A DNA stretch of 64,000 nucleotides from Amoebidium appalachense (GCA_963693365.1 CAVNZM010000011.1:2030989-2094988); one strand, 5' to 3'. Positions 13,248 through 26,517 are shown, numbered from the stretch's first letter. Numbers and translations are program-made. Notes: generated by a model not told the origin, from the letters alone.

Positions 13248-15336
13248 TCCAAGGCCTCCCCTCCCCCCCAAAACACACATGTACACGAGTTCAATTGCAG
13301 CAGCCTCTAGGTTTCGAATTCAAACATCGCGAGATGTCACAGTGTTCCTGAGAGGGCCCGGCCATGATCGCGAGCCTCGGTGTGCGCACAGTCACTGGGC
13401 TACCTCGAATTGACCTGCATATGCATCAGGGCATACACAGCCTTTTTTTTCCCCGCTTTCGTGAAGCGCCTATGACATACAATAAGTTACTGACTAATAT
13501 ATGACTAATCGCATGTAGCTGCCCCCGCGCATTCGGCACGAAAGCTTTGCACGTACGCCGAGGCCCGGGGCCCACTGGGCCGTGGGCCGTCGCGACGATC
13601 GGATGTTTTTGTCAGCACGTGTACACGTGTCAAAGTGCAGTCGCGTGCACTCATGGATCGGAGTGCTGGACCTCGTTTTTATTTGGCGACAGCTTCGAGG
13701 ATTTCATGAAGCTATGTATCTTGTTGCAAAAAAAGGCATTATCCAACGCATGCGGAGATATAGGGTAAAAAAAATTAAAGTATATTTTTTTTTTCATGTT
13801 TCATGTCTATTGAATATTTTTTTTTTGGGGCGCATGCTGTGTATGCCTTCAGGAAATAATTTGCAGAAAAACAAAGAAGTCAAATCGAGGTCGTGAGTCA
13901 GTGACCTCTGATGCTGGTTGTTGGAATGTGCTCCCTCTAATTCCCGTCTGCAACTGATATGGTGGGTTATCTATAGCTGATGCAGAAAATTTGTAACTAT
14001 TTTTCTAAGATCTGAAACGAGTTCGTGATTCTTACAGTATATATTTGCACTATTAACAGAAACTAAAATAAAGTAGTTTCATTTCGTAAAAATAAAATTG
14101 GTTTATTTTTTTTGATTAATTATTTTTTCTTTTTGTTGACATACTTTTTTTTGTCCCCTAACGAAAATGTTTCATGGACCCACTCCCGTGGTATCGAAGG
14201 AATGCTAATATGGCATCCTTAGCATAAAAGTAACCTATAGGTGTAGCGGCGAGAAGGTAGCCCCAGTCCCCACACTGTGAAATAAATTGTGAGCTGTTAG
14301 CTAGTGCTTTGCGTTACTTAGGAAGAAAAGAAATTATGCTATTAGTAATTAAATTTTGCAACTCCAAATACGGCCAAGTGAGTTTTAGAGAAGGTCTACC
14401 TTGCTTGAAGGCTTGGCGAGTCATCTGCATACCAAGAATGAGACCTAGGTAGGTTTGATTGGCCCATGGCATGGAACTTTGTGGGCTTGAACCAATCAGA
14501 ACTCCAATTCACACAAGTCAAAAACCATCACCGCAAGCTAAGCAAGTGCAATAGCCAAAATTTCCAGGGCATTCTAAAGGAAAGTTGCCAAGAGAAAAAA
14601 ATGCCATTGCATTATATTTAAACTTGCCATTATTCTCTATTTCTTCTCCAGCTGCGATATATTGCAACACGCTTCATGAAATGTCAGACTGTTTCGTGCT
14701 CCCTCGCTTTTGGTGACCTCGGTAACACTACCAGAAGGCTGGTATGTTACTGCTGGCTCAAGAAAATAACTAAATTTTATGCAACTGCCATTTCCTATTG
14801 GATGACTCTCACAAACTAGCCGCTTTTGATTCGCTGTTAACCCTTTAGAGCATAACGATTAGCTGTATATCATTATTCAACGATGACGTATTCTTTCAAC
14901 CAATCAAGTCCTTGTATGACATTCAGACCTGGAATAAGGTCGCCATAAAAATGCGCCTTGCCCCTCGCAGGGAAGCGTCACTCGTTCAGCTCTCACACGA
15001 CTTGTTCCTGTCATTCGCAAAGGCAATTTTTACGTGCACCTTTGGTCTTCAGGTGTGAATCTTACAGCCACATACAATAGTACACACACACAATTCGTCT
15101 GTATTCTGCTTACCAACACACACAGCTACTCGTGCGACATTGTTTTTCAACCCGTTTTTTTGTGTAGATTTAAGAGGCTCTGTAGCAACCCTTGCGAATT
15201 TATTCATCCGTGCACAAAGCACGAAACCTATTCATTCACATAGCTACGTGATAGACATCGTTCTTTGGCCCCACAGTTGTAATCGAGGGGGAAAACACAT
15301 AGATACGATATTGGAAGCACACCACAAGCAGGAAGA

Positions 15337-16938
15337 ATGGCACGCCCTCGTATGAACAAATGTGCAGAGTGTAGAAAGCGTAAGAAGAGGTGTGACGGGC
15401 AACAGCCTGGTTGCACCCGTGACCAGGACGGACTGCAAAATGCAGACACAAATTCGGCCACAAGCACACCGGGTAACACACCCCCTGCACTCATGAACGC
15501 ACTAAGCCCCAACTCACATCCACTCAACACCGAGAGCGCACTGCAGTCTCACTTCTCGTCCATTTCACCACACCAAATTTTCTCAACGGAAGATAGTTTG
15601 AACGGCAGCCCATCAAGCAGCCAAATGGCCCCTTTGGGTGATACTATTCTCAACTCGAGCACCGACATCAAGCCCACTGGCGTGATTTCCGCAGATTCAC
15701 CTTCCGCCCAGCCCCTTAAGCCAACCACCACACCTTTTTCACTTGCAAGTGGCACGGCACCCGCAGCCTCAGTCGGCAGCAAATCCCCCCTTAACCCGTC
15801 GGCATCGTCACCAGAGCCCAAACCCCATAGCACTAAACTCGTGCACAACACGTTTAAGGACATCCTCAGCAAGGTCAAGCGCAGCCGCACCTTTAGCGGC
15901 TCGATCACAATTCCTCGTCACCCCGGTCACCCTGGCCATCCCAATGTCTCAATTCCCCCCTTTAACCCTGCCAACTATTCTCGCGGTTTGGCCCAACGGA
16001 GTCTGTGCGACCTGCGCACCCTGCAACAGCATCACATGAGTGGGCCGTCAAATCCGGCCCTTGCAAACGTCATGCACATGCACTCACTAAATCGGGTGCG
16101 GTCTGACTCCCACACCCTCAACCGGCACGCCACCATGTCCGGGCCCACGTTTGACTCCCTTCACTACCACGGTACCGTTCCAGCGGCAGGCATCGACACA
16201 TACCACGACGACTTCATGATGCACTCTGGGCCGTACGGCATGCACCACTCCATGGCCTCAATGGGGCCATCCCACCACGTGCACCCCTACCACCACATGC
16301 CGTCCTCCCACGTGCATGCTCCGTGCAGCTGCCAACACCACTATGCGCCCCCGGCCACCCACCACTCACACATGCAGCCCCTCGGCCACCCTCACCCCCA
16401 CCACCTGTCCATGGATTCCCTCCACTCGATGGGTGGTGACCCCTTCGTTATGCAGCCTTTGGCACACTCCCTCGGGCTAGGGGGGTCCATGGGGCGTGGG
16501 CTGAACATGGAGCCGGTGGACACATTCCTCTCACAGGCCGAGATGTCGTGTGGGTTCGGCATGATGCCGGCCATCTCCGAGCCCAGTCTGGCCAGCATGG
16601 AGATCGAGTCGTTTAACCCCCTGTCTGCCCCCGCAATGAAGATGGAGAGTCTGTGTGCTAGTGTGGATGCCCTGGGTGAGGGTGGGGTTGACCTTCTCTC
16701 GGGCCTGCCCTACGAGGGCAACCTGCCTAGTGGGAAATCCCTCAGCTGGCCGGAGATCGATCCATCCAATGAAAACTGGGCCACAATGCTCCTGGACGAG
16801 GCGGTGGAGCAATCCGCTGCTGGAGATTGGACGGGTTTGACCAATCATCTTGGGTCTGCTTCGGCAACAGATATGAGAGCGGAGAATGCGCCGGTTCTTA
16901 CCCCCCTGCCAAACCTGCTGGAATCGGGTGAGGCCTAG
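15337..16938 (+). CDS. Intronless Zn(II)2Cys6 (GAL4-type)-like transcription factor, 533 aa, truncated cluster
   Basis: 1.6-kb ATG-TAG ORF free of simple repeats. N-terminal CAECRKRKKRCDGQQPGC matches the first half of a zinc cluster, followed by S/P-rich and His/Met-rich regions and an acidic-hydrophobic C-terminus. Confidence 0.88.
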   Translation: MARPRMNKCAECRKRKKRCDGQQPGCTRDQDGLQNADTNSATSTPGNTPPALMNALSPNSHPLNTESALQSHFSSISPHQIFSTEDSLNGSPSSSQMAPLGDTILNSSTDIKPTGVISADSPSAQPLKPTTTPFSLASGTAPAASVGSKSPLNPSASSPEPKPHSTKLVHNTFKDILSKVKRSRTFSGSITIPRHPGHPGHPNVSIPPFNPANYSRGLAQRSLCDLRTLQQHHMSGPSNPALANVMHMHSLNRVRSDSHTLNRHATMSGPTFDSLHYHGTVPAAGIDTYHDDFMMHSGPYGMHHSMASMGPSHHVHPYHHMPSSHVHAPCSCQHHYAPPATHHSHMQPLGHPHPHHLSMDSLHSMGGDPFVMQPLAHSLGLGGSMGRGLNMEPVDTFLSQAEMSCGFGMMPAISEPSLASMEIESFNPLSAPAMKMESLCASVDALGEGGVDLLSGLPYEGNLPSGKSLSWPEIDPSNENWATMLLDEAVEQSAAGDWTGLTNHLGSASATDMRAENAPVLTPLPNLLESGEA

Positions 16939-17180
16939 ACGTGTTTACCACTGTCTGTATAGGGCATGTGCTTTTAGTAACGGATGACACGAGCATATTC
17001 ACATATTTTCGCTCGCCTTTGTTTTCTTCCCATTTACTTTAGCTTATATGCACGGCTGGGCCGGAGCTGATGAAACAAAAAAGTGATTTGTCACATAAAG
17101 TTTATATATCCGATTCCAGTTTTTGGAATCTATACGGCGTGAGATTTTTTAAAGAGCCGAACACCGACTTGCATGTTTTT

Positions 17181-17289
17181 CCAACTGTCATTGTACAGAT
17201 ATATCGTTCAAATTTTGTCACTTAGGGCCTTGGCCAACTGTCATTGTACAGATATATCATTCAATTTTTGTCACTTAGGGCCTTGGCCA
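17181..17289. repeat. 53-bp tandem duplication
   Basis: ccaactgtcattgtacagatatatc(g/a)ttcaa(a/t)ttttgtcacttagggccttgg occurs twice. Confidence 0.9.
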
Positions 17290-17560
17290 CATAGAAATAT
17301 GAACTCGGGCACATTTTGTGCCCTTGGGAATGCAAATATATAGGCGGCTCTGTGAGTCATCGCCAACCACAGAAAATAAACCTAAAAGGGATTAGAACCA
17401 CGAAAAAAACGAAAACAGCTGTCCCCGTGGGCCAAGGAGGGATTTGACAAAAATGAAAAGGAAAGAAGACCATGCAAAAATTACAAAAGCTAGCACCATA
17501 TGTAGTCGAGGGCAAATCCCGCAGCAAAAAGCTCAAAAAATCAAAACTAGTTTGATTTGC

Positions 17561-17822
17561 TATGCACAGATGCTCCCATACCCACGTCATTTTGTCATTA
17601 GTGTTTTGTGGGGTGTGCGTGTACACACAAAAAATTGCAGGATCTTGGTATGAATTGCCGAGCCAGTGTACATGTGTACAATGCCGAGCCAGTGTACATG
17701 TGTGTACACATGTACACTGGCTCGGCAATTCATACCAAGATCCTGCAATTTTTTGTGTGTACACGCACACCCCACAAAGCACTAATGACAAAATGACGTG
17801 GGTATGGGAGCATCTGTGCATA
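17561..17822. mobile_element. Near-perfect palindromic foldback element (MITE-like) bounded by TA
   Basis: Arms of ~118 bp (tatgcacagatgctcccata... / ...tatgggagcatctgtgcata) with one visible mismatch; the centre holds an extra tgccgagccagtgtacatgtg copy. Confidence 0.75.
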
Positions 17823-18786
17823 TCCAAAATATGGATTTCAGAAGGTGATATCCCCCCCCCCCCCCCCCCCCCCCCCCCTTTCCCCCCCGAGCTCTCCCTC
17901 AGCAAAATGCCATTCGGACTGACGGATCACAAGCTGAGTTTGAACATAACGACGTTACGGCCCACAATGAGTACCTTTTCTGTGGTAAAACTTCCCAAGT
18001 TTTTAACATCTACTGTTTGGTACTGATCCTTCGTTTCGCCCTCACCACCGACTGCGACATTCTATATGCGCGGAAGTGCCATTTATGGCTATTATGGAAA
18101 GATCTCTATTGGTGGTCCGTGACCCAGTCGGTACCCAGTCCTGCTTGGGCCCGGTAGCACAAACTAAACTGCAACAATAAAGCGAGTACTTCCCGCCAAC
18201 AGGGATATCCAGCCAATAACAACACATATTGCAAAAATAAAAGCAATCAAGCAGTGACACAAGATAAATGCTATATAAAAAAAAAAAATCATGGCCGGAA
18301 GCCGCAATATCGTATAATCCCCTATATATGGTGTTATTCCTTCGTACCTTAAATGCGTCAACGTGTCCATATTCATCGTTTTGTTATAACCTTGCAGGGA
18401 TATTGGTGCTGCCTGCCTTTACTTGCCAGGAATGCACTGTGGCCAGGCAAGGTAACAAGAGTATTCTTTACAGGTAGCCACCTACCAAATAAGGCGCGTG
18501 AAGAATCGGCTAATTTTGATTGGGGAACATCTACCATTACGGACCCCCCCCCCCCCCCTCCCCCCACCCACACATACATCACAGACACCAGTTCCCCCCG
18601 CCCCCCCTCCCCCTGCCCTCCCACCCTTCCACCCTTCCAGCCCTGGCAGGGCCAATCCAACTAACCACCACTGTCTTCTTCCTCTTCCCTCCCCTCCTCC
18701 CTCCCTCCCCCCCCCCCCCCCCTTCCCCCCCTTCCTCCTCCCCTCCCCTCCCCCCCCCCCCCCCCTTCCCCCCTTCCTCCTCCCCC

Positions 18787-18849
<63 letters not shown>

Positions 18850-19494
18850 ACACGTACATCGTTTAACAGAGAATTCACAGGCCACTGGCCAGCTGCAGGT
18901 GTACTATTGACATCATCGATGATCATGTGCGATATGCATGCAAGATACGTAGTCACAGTGAGGCTCTAAGCATTAAGGATGATTTGATGTAAATTAAACT
19001 GTGGGGCTTCCGGTTCCGGAAATTACTAACTAAACCGTTGCCAAGAATGAGAGATTGTACGTTTGCAAACTTCAAATAATGTTGATGGCCGGAGACCCCC
19101 AGGGGGAGGGAGGGGGGGACAGACAGGGGGGGGGAAGAGGGGGGGGGGGGGGGGGGGGGGGGGAGGGATCTGAGGGGGCAGAGGGCGTTCTAGTACAATT
19201 CTGAATACCCTGGGGTTTCCGATAGCCTATCTGTCCCTTGGGGTACCTTGAGAGAGGTGACACCCGGCGGGGCTGCCATCACTACGCCGTTGTGGTCCAT
19301 GGAGGACATATGCATGCATGTATGTGTTGTCAATGGGTGGGGTTGGCAGCGCATACAGTACCTTCGAGATCTGCAGCCAGACTCTGATCGATGATTCCAG
19401 TTGCCATAGTGGGAGGGGCATATGCATGCAGCCGGGGGACAGGAGGGAAGGTCCTGGAGAGGGCTTGATTAACTGCAACATGGGGAGAGCTCGG

Positions 19495-19496
19495 GC

Positions 19497-19527
<31 letters not shown>

Positions 19528-19561
19528 GCAACGAAGGGAGGGAGCAGAAGAGGGCGCGGAT

Positions 19562-19599
<38 letters not shown>

Positions 19600-19809
19600 C
19601 GAGGGAGGGAGATTCTGAAGGGAAAAGCCCGGCCAGGAGTGTGTGAGTGATATGCAACACTATGTCCCATTCAATGATAAGGCTTCGAATTCTGGTTGTG
19701 ATCGAATATCAGGCACTGCCAAGAAAGACTAACTTACTGATATTCGATCACAACCGACCACCCCCCCCCCCCATCGGCGCCCTCCTTCTGCTCCCTCCCT
19801 ACGTTGCAG

Positions 19810-19858
<49 letters not shown>

Positions 19859-19860
19859 TC
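19495..19860. repeat. Nested foldback with perfect 19-bp inner hairpin
   Basis: Inner ggttgtgatcgaatatcag (19694) / ctgatattcgatcacaacc (19755). Outer gttgcaacgaagggagggagcagaagagggcgcggatg pairs with catcggcgccctccttctgctccctccctacgttgca, flanked by poly-G and poly-C. Confidence 0.8.
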
Positions 19861-20015
19861 CTCCTTGTCAATGACAAGCATCTAATTACATAAATACTAG
19901 GACAAGTTGCTGAATACTTAGTCACTGAGTCAGTATCGCCATACAGGGGATATCTTTTATTGTACGGGAGGAGGGAGGACGAAAAGACAGATTGTGTTGC
20001 AGCAACACAGCTAAG

Positions 20016-20096
20016 CGTTGGTTGCATGCAGCACATACAAGACCTTCCAATACCACGTTGGTTGCATGCAGCACATACAAGACCTTCCAATACCAG
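20016..20096. repeat. ~40-bp tandem duplication
   Basis: cgttggttgcatgcagcacatacaagaccttccaatacca occurs twice. Confidence 0.9.
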
Positions 20097-20869
20097 GGTA
20101 CATTGTCATTCATTACAAATTTTATGAAACCCATCGAAAATGTCTAAAATACACATAACAAACATCCGTAGTAATTCATACAGGGAAGGGTGGCCCGGCT
20201 CACCCAATAAACCATCATACAAAACAAATATTCACACACCCGTAAAGTTCAACATGCCGGCCAAGGGCTGCTGCAAGTTACGGAACGCCACGCCTTGTAC
20301 TACTTTGTGAAGCGTCATCGATAACTTGTAAGAAATGTATGCGGCTCGAGACAGTCAGGAAAAGAAAAAAAAGGGATCAGATATCCCAAATTTCGTTTCA
20401 ACCTAACTGAACATTTTGTGCAATATCACCAACATATCAATCAACATTCGAAAATCGGTGGAAGAGGTGCCTGTCAACGCTATACACAAAGTTCTATTGG
20501 GATTGCATACTCAATATATTGAGGTTGTTCATGCATCAAACGTGAGATAACACACTTGTTAATGGCATTATTCACTCTACGGGGTAACTGCATGACCCGA
20601 TGTGTTATGGCCACACGGGTGTGTCAGGGATGTGTGTTCAAGCGCGTGCGCCTGTGTTTGTGTGTGCATGTGTGTGCATGTGTGCGCTCACGCCCATGTG
20701 GTTGTTCTTGTCAGAGTGCACGTGTATTTGACTGATTCCATGATCGAATATATCATGCCTACGTGCACACATTGCATGCACACGCCCATGAATCGCCTGG
20801 GCTTGGGCACACATACAGCGGCACACACATGCACATACCAAGAGCCTAAAATTGGCCCACCAGCCCGGT

Positions 20870-21431
20870 TTACATAGTCCCACCCACTCTTCGCCTCAAA
20901 CCCCCCATTCCATCCGAGGCCCCTGCCTGACCAATCCAATCTTCCGGTTGGCCTGTCACACCATGGCCGGGGCCAATTAATTCGTCCCGATCGTCTGCTG
21001 CACGATCTTCCGGCCGACTTCCGAAGTCTTGAGAATCGTTCCAGAGCGCAGCAAAATCCCTGTCCAGAGTAGAAGATAAAGGTCCTTCGTCATCTGCGGT
21101 AGTGCCAAATATGGCAGCTGCATCCACACTAGTGGGGGTCGGGTTTGTGTCGCTGTCCGGGATGAACCCTGCATGCTCATCGGATAGCCCGGTGCTCATC
21201 AAATTCGATTGGCTACCGGCAGCAGGAAAATCGTGATTCTCATTGGTTGATACCGGTGATGATGGTGCTGGTGGTGTACCAGATGCTTCCAATCCGTGCG
21301 TTTGATTGGGTGTTATGTTGTTTGTATTTGGTGCTGGGGCTGCATTTGATTGGTTTTCCAAATTCACACGGGCCACAAAGACGAGCCGAGGCGAGGGTGC
21401 GCCAATCGGGTTCACCGGGGCCGTCCGTGTG

Positions 21432-21467
<36 letters not shown>

Positions 21468-21951
21468 TGTGAGTGTGACTGTGAGTGTGTGTGTGTGTGT
21501 GCTCGTGCATGAATATGTGTGTGCTTGTGCGATTAGGTGCCCAGCTTTATCAGCGTGTAAAAAATCGTGCCATGAAGACATAAACACACTCGAAAACAGG
21601 AACAAGTGCACCAGCAAGCGCACAAACACCACACACGACAACAAACACCGTGCACACACAAACACAAACACCACACACCACGCAACCACTCACCTCACCA
21701 CCCACCCACTCGTATCTACACACCCGTTCGCCAAGGAGGAGACGAAGCTGCAACCTCAGCCACCAATGCCTGTAGTAAAGAAACATAGACTCACCTTGTG
21801 TGTCAGTGGGAGGGGTTGGCCGGGGCCTCCAAAATGAGGGGAGAGGCAATAGTTGATCGAGTAGGGTGCCCATGCGGGGTATCCAGACGTAGGGCAGGTA
21901 GATGTGGATGGCTACTGGCTGCACGTGCACAACCTCACCAACACGTGGCTC

Positions 21952-22009
<58 letters not shown>

Positions 22010-22205
22010 TGTGTGTGTGTGTGTGCACGATCACGTGTCTATAAATCAATGTGTGCAGTTGTTCGTGTGTTTGTGTATTGTGCGTGTGAAGGAGAGGGTA
22101 GGCACGAGAGAGTGTGGATGTGGGGTGAACGAGAGAGCATGTATTGGTGCGCTGGGGCAGTGTGTACGTGTATGCATATGTGTGTGTATGTTCAAGTATG
22201 TAAGG

Positions 22206-22262
<57 letters not shown>

Positions 22263-23145
22263 CGCGCACGTGTGTGTGAGTGTTGTGTGTGAGCAAACGT
22301 TTGGTATGAAACAACTAGCCCCCAGTTAATCCGTGTTTCAAACTGCCCCAACAAGCTCCAACCTGCAGAGTCAGATCACACGACATCTTTGAAACAATAA
22401 CATATATCGGAAAAAGGAGGGGCATAACCATGCAAAAAAGTGCCGGCAAATAACTTGATCAATAATGGAGCATGTGAAAACCATTTTCCTAGTGGCAGCA
22501 AGACAACACTACAGCACTATCACGGTGGCTGGGGGGGGGGGGGGGGGGGGGGGGAGGGGGGGGGAAGGAAGGGGAGGGGGAGAGGGGGGGGGGGAGGGGG
22601 GGAAGAATGGGGGGGGGGGGGGGGTGGGGGGGTGGGGGGGTGGGGGGGGGGGGTGGGGGGTGGGGGGTGGGGGGGGGGGGGGGGGGGGGGGGGGGGTCAG
22701 GAGGGTCATATACCCCAGAATCAGCAGGTGAATGATGTGGCCGAACAGCAGATAGGTCAGAACAATCATCGACACAACCATGAAGATGGTCGACACAAAC
22801 GTCTGCAGGATATGCCGGTTAGATATACCTTATGACGTTAGATATGCCAGTTATATGCCAGATATATGCCAGACTTGCACTTGAGCCCAAGTTAATTTAT
22901 ATATGTCAGATTTTCACTTGGGCCTGCCTTGGCATTAGGCAGACCACATTCACGATAACACACTTGACGTTAGATTTGCTACATTTGCACCTAATCGCCA
23001 ATTCCAGACCTTTTGCAGAGTTTTAACGCCGTACACGTTCACCAGAATAAAGGATCACACAACGTGGGATAAGTGGGAAGAGGGCGAGGGGGGGAAAGGG
23101 AGGGGCAGCGGGCAAGAGAAAGAGAGAGGGAGAACGGGGGGTGAA

Positions 23146-23184
<39 letters not shown>

Positions 23185-23439
23185 AGCCACACACACACAC
23201 ACACACACACATCAGGAACCTTAGAACCTCCAGCCAGACACAAAAAGGAAGAAAAGACACGAAGGGGATATTAGTAGATAGACACAGAAAAGCAGAGAGA
23301 AGAAAGACCTTAAGGGGAAGGAAAAAAAGATTGCATTATCTTTGTTTTCGTCCCCTTCAGCTTCTTCCCATTTTTCTTGATTCCTTTCTTTGTTTTTTTT
23401 CCTTCCCCATCCCCATTTTTCTGCCTTTTTTTTGGTGTA

Positions 23440-23512
<73 letters not shown>

Positions 23513-25171
23513 TTGTGTTCGTGCGCGCGTGGTGTATTCGTGCACAGGCGTTGCGTGTGTGGGTGCGGGCGCATGTGCATTGTGTGCATGTGTCTGTGTG
23601 TGTTGTTTGAAGGGAAGGGGAAGGCGTGTTTTTGATACACGTACTGCTCTGCCCATGATCAACAGGGTTTTAGGTGGTGGCAGTGCTCCATTTGAGCAAT
23701 GTGTTGGGTGAATCCACAGATAGGGGCCCTCGGGAGAAGCCACCCTGACACCAACCGGATTGTTGATCCATGGGAGATCGGATCTCGGATCGGTGTATGC
23801 TGATTGGTACTTGTCGACCAATGAGAAGAGGACTGACACGTCACACCACCCAAATAAGGCAACCATGCGGACTGTCCCTTTAGGACCCTGCAGAAAAGCA
23901 TGAATGTGAGGATGTGTCCAATGTTCGGCATATGACTACTCTGGGCATTTGTGTGTGTGTACGAACGTATGTACGTGTTTGTGCAGGTGTACATGACTGC
24001 CTCTACCACCAGTCCACCCTCCCGTGCTTTGCCAAACAATGTCTCGCATACAAACCCCCTCCCACTCCCACCCCCGCCCCCCCCCAGCACACGCGGATAA
24101 TTTTTTATTTGGGGGGAGGGGGGGGGGGGGGGGGGGGGGAGGGAGGGGGAGTGGAAAAACAACAAGAAACCAAGGAAAAAGAAGGAAAAAGGAAAAAGGA
24201 ATTACATACAGAGAATAAAGGAAAAAAGAAGAAAAAGAGAAAAGGAGCAGAAAACACTCCGGATAACGAACTTAAGAGGTGAAGAAGATGGAAGTGTGCA
24301 CTGGCCACCATGTGTGTGTGTGTACTCCACAGCAGCACAATATGGGGGGGGGGAAGGGAGGAGGGGGGAGGGGGGGGAGGGCAGGGGAACGTAGGCACAC
24401 ACGTGCACACTAAACGGACACGTGCACACTATCCCCACAGCCATGGTCCAGACTAGGCTTATCCCGCCCACACTATCCCCACAGCCAAGGTCCAGAATAG
24501 GCTTATCCCGCCCACACTATCCCCACAGCCAAGGTCCAGAATAGGCTTATCCCGCCCACACTATCCCCACAGCCAAGGTCCAGAATAGGCTTATCCCGCC
24601 CACACTATCCCCACAGCCAAGGTCCAGAATAGGCTTATCCCGCCCACACTATCCCCACAGGCAAGGTCCAGAATAGGCTTATCCCGGCCACACATCCCCC
24701 ATGCACCCACCTGCCCCCTCAACTGCACCAGGCTCACTGACGGGTGTATCTCCTCCCAGCCCTGTTTGGCTGCATGCGCAATCCTAACCCTCTCGTTGCG
24801 ATAGTATTCAGACCTTGTGGAATTCTCTGGAAGCCCGCTCACGTGGCTGTATTGCATGGGTTCGACTTGTGGGCCGGACTTGAACCAGCCGTGTTCCCAG
24901 GCCGATTTTTCACTCTGCAAAAAAGAAAGAGAAGAGAAGATAAGAAAGAGAGCTGGGAAGAAGGGGAAAAAAGGCTAAAGTGGGAAATAGCGCCAGGGTA
25001 TAGGGGAAAATGCTGCACACACAACATGCGCGCGCACACACACACGCACACACACACACACACACACAACACACACACACACGCACACACACAATCACAC
25101 ACACACACACACACACACTCACTCATGGACACGCACGGGCAACACACACAAACACACACATACACACAACA

Positions 25172-25229
<58 letters not shown>

Positions 25230-25323
25230 CAGCCACACACACATGCACACAAACGCGCATGCGCCTAGACGTGCACATACACTCATGCACACACCACGCA
25301 CGTGCGCACACACACACGCACAT

Positions 25324-25407
<84 letters not shown>

Positions 25408-25740
25408 GTGGTGGTGGTGGTGGTGGTGGTGGTTGCAACTAGCCACGCACACAGGGAAAGAGAGGAAGAGACACAGGTGGGTAGATCAAGAAAAAAGAGT
25501 ACGACTAGGGAGCCTACCCAGTGATCTGTCTGGGTATCAAACTTCCACCCGTCGGCCCAGCCCACCTCAGGCACATCCCATGCCATCCACCCCTCCACCG
25601 TCAGATCAGGGTATGTGCTGAGTATGTGGCTGCGCAGATTGGGCTGCTCGGTGAGGGAGTGCTCGAGAGACGCCGCAATGGATGGGTAGGTGCTTGGCCG
25701 TGCAGTCTGTGTGTGTGTGTGTGTATCATAATATGTGTGA

Positions 25741-25817
<77 letters not shown>

Positions 25818-25933
25818 TGATTGAATGAATAAGTGAGTGTTAATTGAATAGTGAGTGAGTGAAATGAGCGAGTGAATGAATGAGTGTGTGAGTGAGAGAG
25901 AGAGAGAGAGAGGGGGGGGGGGGGGGGGGGGGG

Positions 25934-25985
<52 letters not shown>

Positions 25986-26478
25986 AGAGGGAGAGAGAGA
26001 GGGAGAGTGCGTGCGTGTGCGGGCGCGCGCACCCGGGTGCGTGTGTATGTGTGTGTGCGCGCACACAGGCACACATGCGGCTGCTTGCCGATAGATGCTT
26101 GCGTTTAGTGCCTAGATCTAAGCCGAGTGTACGTGTGGGTAGATGCATGGGGAATGAAACAGGCGACAGTGTAAACAAGCATATGTGTGTGTGCGTGTTT
26201 TGTGCCTGTGGGTATGCAGCTCTTAGACGACAGACGTTAAGGTACGCGTGACTATTATTAGGTGAGTGTCAAATTCCCGAATGTTCCTTCTCGATATGTC
26301 TGTACGTTTACTCGAGCCTTTATCGTATGCCAAACACAACCAAATGAAGAAACCCTAAGACTGATGAACTTGTCCCATACGAGGGAAACCTCATCCAAAC
26401 TCCTACAAATCTATTAGTAGAATTCAGTAGGGAAAAATAGCTGCTCTGGTAGAGCCTGCAGAAGGACGGAAGGGACCC

Positions 26479-26517
<39 letters not shown>

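Larger units (their letters stand above)
17900..20345 (-). other. Candidate fragmentary spliced gene or pseudogene containing a YGDTDSV motif
   Basis: Several exon-like, non-repetitive blocks with AG/GT borders (~20240-20345, 20097-20144, 19918-20010, 19361-19472, 17935-18022). YGDTDSV is at 19923-19943. A complete phase-consistent model was not obtained. Confidence 0.25.

Noticed and set aside
21770-21794. 25-nt GT-AG micro-intron on the minus strand
   Set aside because: Using it gives an immediate stop; donor 21794 joins in phase to acceptor 21433 instead.
24425-24688. CRISPR-like array
   Set aside because: Units are contiguous with no unique spacers, the context is a eukaryotic intron, and no cas genes are present.
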